64,000 nucleotides of DNA, from NCBI GenBank assembly GCA_965644295.1, contig CBFFRP010000428.1:76038-140037 (forward strand), in the 5' to 3' direction. A program made the position numbers and the translations under genes. This document shows, piece by piece, positions 43,225-53,960 of this stretch. Position 1 is the first letter of the stretch, and the number at the start of each line of letters is the position of its first letter. This DNA is from Paraphysomonas bandaiensis (taxonomy: Eukaryota > Protista > Chrysophyceae). The notes under the pieces were generated by a model. That model saw only the letters and a program-made list of their open reading frames with translations, did not search any database and was not told the DNA's origin.

Positions 43225-45021
43225 ATGCCCACTCTCACCCACCCTGTTACCAAAATGAAGCGTTCATACCTCAGTAAATTAATAGTACGGAGAGAATATT
43301 TCATTTCCATCGCATCTGTATCGATCGAATGGTTCAGAGATGTGTATCGAGCCACAGTGGCCACTTTAGTCGTAAACGCACACCTTATTCCGTTTTTCTG
43401 TGCTGGGATTGTATTTATGCTCTGCGGATTGACACTTACACGTGCTCTCGTTCATGTTTTGGTTGTCTTAACTGAAATTGTGTTATTCATTGGGATAGTT
43501 TCTGCAGCTCATGCCAGGTACGATATAATGTATACACAGAATTGATATCGACAATACTTGTGTTTTTAAGTATTCGTACAAAAATTGGTGCTATTGACAA
43601 CGGGTTTGGAGCAAACTGGATAAGCTGGTCCTCGTTTGTTGGCGCTACATGCATTCCTGTGGTTACAGCTGTAGCCATGGTGTTACGCCTCTTGGCGACT
43701 CCATCAACAGGACTATTTCTGTATCAGTTACAGCAAGATGCCATCTGCTGGTGTATAGTTGCAGTTTGTCATGTTGTCTACGTTCTGTTAACCTTCAGGG
43801 GGTCTCCTGAACGAACAGGTATCCGCGAGGTACCCCTTTCTCGTCGAGGCGGAGCTCTGGTTGGTCATATCAGCGACACGGTATGATTTTTATGGTGACG
43901 TGATAGTAGGGTTTTTACTTTTCTCTATTCTAGCTGTATGATTACTTTCAGGGTCGCATCGTATCGGAGGAAGAACTACGAAGTGATGGCCTCTATGTTA
44001 TGGGTGCACAATAGAATTTATTTAGTCCCCAGTTTTACTATTGATAGGTTTTCATCCTCATGGAGTAATGCCTCTGACACCTTTTTGGATGCTGAACTGC
44101 AGTGAGTGGCGGCGCTCTTTCCCAGGTTCTGAACAAAGATAAATAGTTGTCTATCTGATATCAGGAATGGTGTAACTAACAGGGGTTGTAGTGTCTCCAC
44201 TTACTGCCTACGCCTGCCATGTCGTCCCTGTCATCCGTGACTTGGCGCAGTGGATGGGGTGCCGTGATGTCTCTAGAGAAAGTTTTAAACAGGCATTAAG
44301 AGAAGGGAGGAGTTGTTTGGTGGTGCCTGGTGGTCAAGCGGAGATGTTGGAAAGTAAATCCACCATCGATGACATCATGTGAGTTGTATTATACCTTGAA
44401 CTTTGTATTTGACCATACTGTCAGCGTGCATACGAAGCACAGGGGGTTTATTAGACTTGCGATGCAGGTACGACAGTCATCTGCTAAGCCACAGACTAAC
44501 GGTCAGAAGTAGGCTGGGGCAGAGCTTGTACCAGTATTATCATTTGGAGAAGTAGATGTCATGGATAACATCTCCTGTCCAAGTGTACAAGTATGCACCG
44601 TTGTATATCTATCTATATACCTTAATCAAAAATACTGTAGCAATGGTTTCTTCAGCACGTTGGAATTGCGTTTCCGCACTCACCTTACGGCGCTTGGGGT
44701 CTTCCAATTCCGAGGCGGCGAAGGATAACTGTCGTCATTGGCAAAAGTATAAAGATTCCCCATATTTCAGATCCCACCAACGATGATGTGAAGCGGGTTT
44801 GGATAGCTCGTTGTACTTTTTGTGGGTAAGACTGATCGTAGGTACACGATATCTATCTAGCATCGCTTGTTCAATTGTTCGAGATGCACAGAGATATAGC
44901 CAATGAACCGAAGGGTCGAAGGTGAGTTAAACAATGAATTGTGATTTATTTTAATTGCCTTTGTATTAGATTAACTTTTGTGGATGGCACTGGTGAGCGT
45001 CATCACGTTCACAGCGATTAA
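43225..45021 (+). CDS. DGAT2/MOGAT-family acyltransferase with extended multi-TM N-terminus (multi-exon)
   Basis: GFHPHG, LVVPGGQAEM, HRGFIRLAMQ and LVPVLSFGE across short exons; stop TAA at 45019-45021. Confidence 0.85.
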
Positions 45022-45857
45022 ATATTTAGTATTCCTACTCTGTGCCTGATCACAATTCTTCTCATTTTTTGCTACCTTTATGTACTTTTTAACTTTATTT
45101 ATTTAATATTTGACGATGCTTATACATATAATTGTTATTCTTATCAATATTAATAATAACATAATACTGAAACGTAACAAAAAAATGAATTACTTTACTG
45201 CTAAAGACGTATGTCACTACATACCACTTATCATACTTATATCAGTATTCTGTGGGCTCTGGTCTATATAAGCGCCTAATCGATAACTACGAATGCAACA
45301 TATTTCATATAAATTCGGATGAATCAGCTCATTTCTATGAAATCGCATTTGCTCCATTAAAATTAGCAGGTCAAATTGAATCGATATGGCCACAGACTGG
45401 ACACAGTGCAGCACTGGCGGTGGCACAAATTGCAACACACATACCTGCAGTAGGAACCTACCACTGCGAGTAGTCCACCGCCGTATATATGTTATACCGA
45501 GCCTACAGGATGTATTCCATGTATATGTACACACGCTTTCTCCTCCAGCCACAACAGCCTGTAGTCGTGTTCATACTACGTGACATGTATACCGATCATA
45601 CACATCCACACAGAAACATACAGCACCGTCCATACTTTACCATCCACACACACCTTAATAGCGACGTCCCTCGACAGGAATACCTTCCTACATATATATA
45701 TACACACATACGTACATATATATATACATATATTCGAGGTGACCAGAGCACCTTGTCCATTGAACACCTGTTTATAGCTCATAATCTTACCTCTAATCTC
45801 ATCTCAAAGGTAAGAGTGATGGTGTGAATGCGTGTGTCTCATATGCGTAGCAGTGAT

Positions 45858-46928
45858 ATGGACTCTCTACTAGCACAGAGAAATAAGACTTTACTCGTTG
45901 CTGGCGCTGTGACCGCCGCAGCTCTAGGAGGCTTCTACTACTACTTCACATCATGTCAGGTTAGTGTCTGTGGAGTGCTGTGTGATCGCTATTAACAATA
46001 TATATATACGTATATTTGAAGGCATGCGACGAGCAGCTGCTGCCTGCGCTCGAGTTGGAAGAAACACAAAAAATTATGGCTAAAATTCTTGAGAAGTTGA
46101 AGTTCATAGCTCTGAAGCACTCTCGAGCTGGACAGCACATCAAAATGCAATTAGAGCAGCAGGGACAACAGATGGCAGACGAAGACGTCATGAGACATTT
46201 CATTCTCCCACATTTCGAGAATGCTTTTGAGGAAGCTCAAGAAGAAGTTTTAGATGTAAGACAACGCAAATAAGTTCTACTAAAGTGTGTGATATTCAAT
46301 GAAGGAATTTGATTGTGAGGAATCTGAGTTGCAGGAGGCTGCGCAGTATTATGCCAAGCAGGGTGACTCCAAGCTGCAGGAAATTATCAATAAGATCCAA
46401 CAGATGCACAAGCAGTTCGGAGGTGAGAACGAAGGTGTGGGCGGCACTGGAGGATCCAGTGCGGGTGGAAGTGGCTCTCAACGAGGCGGTGGTGGTTCCA
46501 AGGATATGTCTCTGGGGGAGGTGATAGCTGTACTACAGGCTCTGTCTGAGAGAGTGGGCAACGGGACTGATGAATACGTGGAGGAATTCAAGCGTGTGAA
46601 TGGTCTGCCCGAGAGCAAGGATGCCATGATGCGCTTCCAGCAGGGTATGCTCGAGATGTCCGAGGCGTAAGTACTATGTCTTTTTCCTGTGTTAGCTAAT
46701 GGTGATTCACAGAATGGAATCGGCGGTTTTGGAGGCTTACGGAGTCACACAACAAGACTTTCAGCAGGCTCTTATGGCAAACCAAAACGACCCAGTATTA
46801 CAGCAGACAGTTATGGCTATGCAGGTACGTACTGATTGTCATATTTTGTGAAGTGTAGTTGACATGATTATTTTCAGATGGCGAACCAGCAGAGGCTTGC
46901 AGCGCATGGAATCCAACTTCAAATGTAA
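45858..46928 (+). CDS. Hypothetical helical protein with N-terminal signal-anchor
   Basis: Five exons splice in frame: MDSLLAQRNKTLLVAGAVTAAALGGFYYYF...MANQQRLAAHGIQLQM*. Confidence 0.75.
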
Positions 46929-47463
46929 GCAATGAGTTACCGCTCTACAATATATACCACGCAATATGTGCTTGGTTTTTTGTGTCGAGGATAGTTTGCA
47001 GATAGTGTAGTGACTATGTTCTTTCCTTAACGCCTACTAGAAATGAGAAATAGCAGCAATTGCGTATACTTGATAATGAAAGTGGGAATTTTTAGCCTGA
47101 TTGATCTCCGGCGTCTGACTTTTGACTACTAAGCAAGCTTATTCACGAAAATATTGATGTACAGCGTATAAAAATGCATAAATAACTACTTGTTACAGCA
47201 ATATGACATCAATGTGCTACTGCCTTCACCCTTCATAGTACAATAGGAGTAGTAGTATGACAGTTAACAGTTACTATTATAAGAACAACATTTCAACTGT
47301 TTTTTCTTTCTATAGTTCCTAATTAGTGAATGAAATATACTTTCCCCTAAGTCTAGTACTTTTAATTCGATACGCAAACCATATTACTACTCTTTATGAC
47401 AACAGCTTTATTAGTGTATCATAGTACGTAGTACGAATATAGTTAAAGTACTATGATCTATGA

Positions 47464-47839
47464 TAGGGAAATATTATTCAACCTAGTCAAATTGGTTGAA
47501 TTACCTAGTCACACTATTTTTGGTGGAATAACCTAGTCAAACTACTAAATGATTCAACCTAGTCAATTTTAGTTATAAAGTTATAAACCTAGTCATAAAA
47601 TGTACTCGCATATAACTACGCATTAAAGAACGATGAAGTCACACAGCAGGTAAAGTGAAACCAAGGCAGCATATTTGAGTGGAAATTATTATTTTTGACT
47701 AGGTGAATACCCTAAAACACCTAGTCAATCTAGTCATTGTAAACTGAAAATATGAATTATTAAATGACTAGATTTTACGCCAATTTTGGCGTGACTAGGT
47801 AGTTCAACCATTTTGACTAGGTTGAATAATACATCCCTA
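47464..47839. mobile_element. ~376-bp MITE with long imperfect TIRs and repeated CCTAGTCA motifs (hAT-like ends)
   Basis: TAGGGAAATATTATTCAACCTAGTCAAATTGGTTGAATTACCTAGTCAC at left; reverse complement TAGGGATGTATTATTCAACCTAGTCAAAATGGTTGAACTACCTAGTCAC at right. Possible degenerate TSD C[T/A]ATGATA. Confidence 0.82.
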
Positions 47840-47997
47840 CAATGATATTATTTACTACTTCCGTGATTCCGCATTAGTCACAAAATAATTTTTAAATAAC
47901 AGCGTTATTTTGGGATACTATATACAGTAAGCAAACTTTTGTGGTTGTAAGTGTAGCAATAGACACAAATGCAACGTAGATGATGATAGTGTGAATG

Positions 47998-48268
47998 GTC
48001 ACCCCTCAACAAAGTTGGACTCGCACCTTTTCGTGGTGTTCTGGGGAGTAAGTACCGCAGATATTCCTCTGGCAAACTAACGTGAGCCGCAAACATAGAC
48101 AGCAGATATTTGTTCTGTCACCCTCAACAAAGTCGGACTCGCACGTTTTAGTGGTGATCTGGGAGATAAGTACCGGAGAGATTCTCTCTGGGAAACTAAC
48201 GTGAGCCGCAAACATAAACTCATAGCCGAATGCTTGTGTGGTACAAGGGACACCAATAAGAGTCACTT
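47998..48268 (+). mobile_element. Dispersed non-coding element family, copy C, with tandem duplication of the ribozyme-like module
   Basis: Two ~118-nt modules (cores 48017-48088 and 48135-48207) matching the reverse complement of 8366-8438 and 23753-23826. Confidence 0.75.
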
Positions 48269-48791
48269 TTCATTGTATGGAGTATGGAGTGCAAGATTAT
48301 ATCCAATATTACCATTTAAACCCGTATGTCATGTGTGTGACACCTTTATAGAAACTGCATCATGCAGATGTATATATCCGCATCCGTTAGTAGAGAGTTC
48401 ATCCTACATTATCTAGATACCTTGCTCAGTGCACCACACCACAGATACAGTGCTGGAGTGGTGTATTGTTGCGATGCCAACGGAGAACATACTGATGCCT
48501 TGGTGTTCATATCCGCGGGCCGGTATGACCCAAGCTAGATATGGCCATATACTCGATGCAGCTAGCTCGTAATACAGTACTGTAGTCTGCAGCTGTACAG
48601 CAGTAGACCAGAACAACAATAGAATACTGCTGTATTCCCGACACGCTTCTTGGGACTTGCAAACACAACGTACACACACACACACGTATAGCACACACAC
48701 GTATACTATACGGCACACAGCCATGTAGCATCGAGCTCTATAAATGGGACTAACTTGAGTCGGTCTGACTACACATACATATACCTTCACA

Positions 48792-50707
48792 ATGGCCATG
48801 ACCGCTATAGTTCCAGGGTCTGATGTTTCCCGCAGGCCCCCCGTAAACCGCAACTCTGCTAGCAAATCAGGCACCTATAAAGGCAGACGATTCATAGTCT
48901 CTGACCGTGATCGAGACACTGATCGAGAGACTGATAGAGACAGAGAGAGATCTGGTGATCTTGATGCAAGGGCGAGAGGGAAGAAGATGAACTCAAGTAT
49001 AAGTGATCTCGATAAGCTGTTAGAGAATGATGCGACGGCTCTGTTAAACATGAGGAAAGACATCAGTCACGCTCAGAGTCTTGAGGTCGACAAGGCTAGA
49101 GCTACTCTTGCGGCCTTACAAAAGGAGTATGATGGGATAAGAACCACAAATGTTTTAAAGGAGAAAGAATTGGCTGGCGTAATGGACGACAAGAAGGTCT
49201 TAGAGGGGTTTATGGTCACGCTGGAAGATAACATGGCGCAACACAATCAAATCATTGATAAGATTACGAGTGATATTGAAGAAGTCGAGGATAATATTCA
49301 AGCTGAGATGAGAACTCGAAGTATGCTGACGTACCTTACAAGCCGTCTTGAACAAGAAATTATGGATTGCAAAGCCCAGTCTCATGTTTTAACGCAGCAA
49401 CTAAACCAGGCGAAGGCGGAACATACAGGGCTAGAGAGTACATTACGCCTCAGTAAACACGAGCTGGTAGCCGAGGAACGGCATGTGGAGGTATTGAACA
49501 AGACTATCAAGAGCCGCACGGACCAGCGAGCAGTTAAGATGCAGGAGTTGCAAAGCATGGTAATGGAAGGCGAGCAATCCATTGCTCGTGTACGGCGCAG
49601 CTTGCATAATACTCTGCGGAGCATTAAAGATAATCAGGAGACGGAGACGAAAATGGGACACGGATTTGAAAGTGATCCGAAGCCGGAAGTGCAGCCCAGC
49701 TCGAGGGTACGAGGTGATAGTGGAAATACAGATGAGGTGGACTCACCTGAAGATGCTCTCGCCCTCACACGCCACCAGATCGAGGAGATCGTTGAACGGT
49801 ACAGTTCTAAGGAATCCCGTATAGAGAAACTCAACCAAGTGCAGTCCGACCTGAAGGAGCAGCTGGCAACTCAGAAGTCTAAGAAGCAAAGCATTGAAGA
49901 TATACTGGAACGGTCTGAGCGTAAGCTCCAGTTACTGGTGTCCAATCGCCAGATGTATCAAGAAGTAGATATGAAGGATGCGGCTCTGACTACCGCCCGA
50001 AAGGAGGGAGATGATTGTAGAGAACGTGATCAGAGGCTGCGTAAAGGTATAGAGAGTTTGCGGCGGGCGGTTCCCAGATTTCTGCAGAAGGTCAATAAGG
50101 AAATTATTCCTGATGGTGGGAGACCGGTGACAATTGATATGGTGAGTACCCGTGCTGTATATTCCTTTATATTAACCATGTCGCGCTTTAGCTGCCCGAT
50201 GTGGTTCACAAGTTGGACGATGAGGTAAATAAGCTCATAAAACAAATCGGCGATCGAATGCTGAAAGATGCGACCTCGGAGGATCTTGCAACCATGAGTG
50301 CCAGCGTACAGGAATACTCCGCTATTCCCGCTTCAGACAACACCTCCGAAACATCACGCCTCCACAAACTTCCCGGATATACTCGTCTGCAAAAGCAGCT
50401 CTTTATGAACCTCATGACCGCTGTTCCTGACTGTTCCGAAAAAAATGTCCGTGTCACTCCCGCGCAGACAAAGGCAGAAAGTGATTTCACGAGACAGGCC
50501 CTCAGTAACGACGAAGCCGTTGGGAATTCGTCGAAAAAAGTTACAAGTAGCAGCGATTATATTGATCGTGCTACAGTGAAGAATATATCAAAGCTGATCG
50601 TCACGAAAAAAGACAAAGTGAACTCGTCACAGTCCAGCCCGGGTAAAAGAAGCCGTCATGGTGGAAATCATTACAGCAGCCCGCGGAAAGTGAAGAACTT
50701 CAACTAA
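48792..50707 (+). CDS. Long coiled-coil protein, possibly outer-dynein-arm docking complex-like (CCDC151/ODAD type)
   Basis: Two ORFs joined by an intron at ~50142-50191; extended heptads. 'IVERYSSKESRIEKL', 'LRKGIESL' and 'KNVRV' only loosely recall ODA-DC proteins. Confidence 0.55.
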
Positions 50708-50978
50708 TATTTTGCTTGAATGAGATTAGATATCAGACTATACATATATTATCGAGCGACTCATCAGAGGAGTGAGCTATCAGAGGAGTGAGCTATAGTA
50801 TTATTCATGCTATATAGTTTGACGTATTCGATAAATTCGATGACATACTATCCGTCCTCGCCATATATATACAGCACTGCTAGTAAATGGCTACAATAAA
50901 TATAGGAACATGTATATGTATAGTGTATACTATTCAGCTGTTGGTTTAAAATTTAAGAAATGCACTGAAGTACAGCAA

Positions 50979-51302
50979 TGTTGGCTATCGTATCACGAGT
51001 TGACATTGTTAGGTGATAAAGACTTTAATAACGGAACGGAAAGTACACAAAGCTTAAGCTCACTTATATTTCATTGTCATTCACCAAATTCTGCTTATCT
51101 CAACTACCAACTTCCAATCATTTTCAGACGATTTTATACAGTCAATATATATTTCTGTTTCACTACTATTACCATCGTCTCACTAGTTCATGTAATTCGT
51201 AGTACTGTTCATTACTGCGCGCTGTTTTTTTCTAATAACGGTCAAAATTTAAGTAACTTAGAACTACAGCTTTTAATTGCTCTGAAATTGCAAAATTCAA
51301 CA
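50979..51302 (-). mobile_element. Diverged solo LTR related to the copia at 33959
   Basis: TGTT...AACA ends, 324 bp. Shares AACTACAGCTTTTAATTGCTC exactly, plus other collinear blocks, with the reverse complement of the copia LTR. No matching TSD. Confidence 0.75.
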
Positions 51303-51592
51303 TGTCGTATTCGTTGCTGTTGAGTCTCTGCTGGAGCTATTTAACAAAATTACTGCGACGGGCACACCAATACTACATCCGTGATTCCTAATTCCTAATG
51401 CACTCTATTATAATATTTACTCAACAAATTGCATTTCCATATCTTTGAAGTTTCCGATTACAGAACACAATATATGTTATACTCCTTCACAGTTTACAGT
51501 AACTATAAACTACAATGGTTTGCATGCTATTTTCTCTAAATAAAATGTCCTGATAGACTAGAAATATATACCATTCATATATATATGTCATA

Positions 51593-53446
51593 TCACCATT
51601 CACTAAGAAAGTAGTCTTTGAGAAAACACCCATATGGTGGCCTACACATCTTATCCTCTCTGCCCTCAGCCTCAATTAGGGGTGACAGCACTGGATCTAG
51701 TATACGGGCAGCGGCATCAACTTCATCCAGCGGTGTGGTGAAGTTTTGATTCGCAGCAATCTCTGCAGCTTTTTCTATGGGATTCTCATCGTTTATCCAT
51801 CCTGTGTCCACTGCTGTCATATATATACCGCTACGCTGGTAGTCTACAGCTACAGTACGAGTCATCATATTAAGAGCTGCCTTGGCCATATTAGTGTGTG
51901 GATGTGCGGTCATCTTACGTCTGTAAAACTTCCCTTCCATACTGCTAACATTGACTATGAAACTGCAAGAGGAAGCAGGTGTAAGGGGTGCCTTTTCCCC
52001 GTGGACAGAGCCCTTCGAACCTGCTTTTTTCTTCGTTTCACTATCATTCTCACTTAGTATAAAATCCGCCAATGACATTAGTCCACCTGACTGCTCGGAC
52101 TCGCCTAAGTCTCTGTTCTGTTCCCGCACTAATAGCGGCTTTAGTCTAGCGGCCATCACAAAAGGGGAAATAGAGTTAATAGCAAATACTTCCACTAGCT
52201 CCGGTGTACTAACTTGATCGATATTCAACAGCCAACTGTTAACCCGGCGGAGGTCTATCTGCTGTTCGTTAACATCACGGGCTGTAGTTGGGAAGAACCT
52301 GTTGACTTCAGTATTTGAGATTGTGTCCTCAGGAGCAATAGGAATCTGGGAAAGCTCCGCAGAGGAATATAACAAAGGGGTCGACTGACCATGCGAGATA
52401 TCCTCGGTTCTTATCTGGTTCTCGTCACCAATGCGCCTGCGACAACCCCTGGACACTGCACACTCCCTCAGAAATACAGTTTCCCGGTGAAGTAAAGTCT
52501 GTACCCCTTCTCCCTGGTTCTTTCCCAATGAACGCTCTGTTTCTAGCATGTGAGAATAAAAAGCAGCTGGTCTACGAACTGTCTGACAAGCATTGCTAAT
52601 GATGACATCCAGACGAGAATAGGTCCGCAATATCATATCACAGAATACTTCCACATAGGCAAGGTCACGAAGATCTAGACCATGCACATGCAATCGGTGA
52701 CTCCACTCAGAGAAATCTGGTTGCTCAGCGTATCTCCGGGCAGTGTCCACCGGAAAACGTGATGTGGCCACTACTATTGCTCCACATCGGAGTAGCTTCA
52801 AACAGCATTGGAAGCCAATTTTTACTCTTGCCCCAGTAACAAGACAAACACGACCAGTCATATCACACTTCTGTGTCCTCTTCATCCAATTGAGATCAGC
52901 ACATTTCGGGCACAACGAATCATAAAATTCATGAAGTTCCTGATATCCAACCTTACATATATAGCAACGCCGGATTGTATTAAGGTGAGGCTTCTCACAT
53001 ACGGATTGTCCAGAAGCCTCTTCATTCTCAGCAGTTATTAGCTTCGAGCTGCGGCATGTGGGCATATTAGCATCGTTATCTGTCGTCCCCACACCATCCA
53101 TCACCAGCGGATACGCTCTTCCGTTCTTCTCCTCAGCGGCTTCGAGTCGTTTCATTCGTCCGGCTCTGAGCTTCGTCTGTAAGAGCAGCCTCTCGTCCTC
53201 TAGTTTCCTCCTCTGCTGCTCCTGCCTTCGTATTCTCTTCTTGTCTTTATTGTCGAGGTACGCTAAGGGTCCCACACCACCGTACATGTGCTGCACCTGT
53301 TGATGAATGAGAGGCTGCAGAGCACATCTGAGCTGTCGACACATATGAGACATATACACATCCTCTCGAACAGACACACACTCTAGAACACGCACTGCGG
53401 TGCGGATATCTTCCTCTGATATGTCCAGAGGGGTGTCTTCCTCCAT
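51593..53446 (-). CDS. Atypical short-chain dehydrogenase/reductase with N-terminal CxxC...CxxC module (intronless)
   Basis: CYICK...LCPKC, LVTGARVKIG, ISNACQT, NVSSMEG, HPHTNMAKAALNMMTRT and VDTGWINDE. Confidence 0.88.
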   Translation of the reverse strand: MEEDTPLDISEEDIRTAVRVLECVSVREDVYMSHMCRQLRCALQPLIHQQVQHMYGGVGPLAYLDNKDKKRIRRQEQQRRKLEDERLLLQTKLRAGRMKRLEAAEEKNGRAYPLVMDGVGTTDNDANMPTCRSSKLITAENEEASGQSVCEKPHLNTIRRCYICKVGYQELHEFYDSLCPKCADLNWMKRTQKCDMTGRVCLVTGARVKIGFQCCLKLLRCGAIVVATSRFPVDTARRYAEQPDFSEWSHRLHVHGLDLRDLAYVEVFCDMILRTYSRLDVIISNACQTVRRPAAFYSHMLETERSLGKNQGEGVQTLLHRETVFLRECAVSRGCRRRIGDENQIRTEDISHGQSTPLLYSSAELSQIPIAPEDTISNTEVNRFFPTTARDVNEQQIDLRRVNSWLLNIDQVSTPELVEVFAINSISPFVMAARLKPLLVREQNRDLGESEQSGGLMSLADFILSENDSETKKKAGSKGSVHGEKAPLTPASSCSFIVNVSSMEGKFYRRKMTAHPHTNMAKAALNMMTRTVAVDYQRSGIYMTAVDTGWINDENPIEKAAEIAANQNFTTPLDEVDAAARILDPVLSPLIEAEGREDKMCRPPYGCFLKDYFLSEW

Positions 53447-53618
53447 CTGACTGATATTTTACTGTCAACTCAGACGCACTTCACACATATACACATACAT
53501 ATGCACGGATAGCTAGATGCAAACACATGCTGTTGTATGGACACAATTCACACACACACTCCTCCAATATACATAGCCAATCAACTACCTCTAACTCATT
53601 ATCATTGGACATCCGTTT

Positions 53619-53870
53619 GTATGTATGTATGTATGTATGTATGTATGTATGTATGTATGTATGTATGTATGTATGTATGTATGTATGTATGTATGTATGT
53701 ATGTATGTATGTATGTATGTATGTATGTATGTATGTATGTATGTATGTATGTATGTATGTATGTATGTATGTATGTATGTATGTATGTATGTATGTATGT
53801 ATGTATGTATGTATGTATGTATGTATGTATGTATGTATGTATGTATGTATGTATGTATGTATGTATGTAT
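53619..53870. repeat. (TATG)n microsatellite between the divergent SDR and M4 peptidase genes
   Basis: Direct reading, ~60 units. Confidence 0.97.
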
Positions 53871-53960
53871 ATATGTAGCAGTGTATATGTATGTATGTGT
53901 GTATGTATGTATATATGTAGCAGTGTATATGTATGTGGGTCCATTCATTTACTGTCTAGT

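Noticed and set aside
50763-50796. 16-bp tandem duplication ATCAGAGGAGTGAGCT
   Set aside because: Isolated slippage duplication or transposon footprint in a 3' flank; nothing more can be supported.
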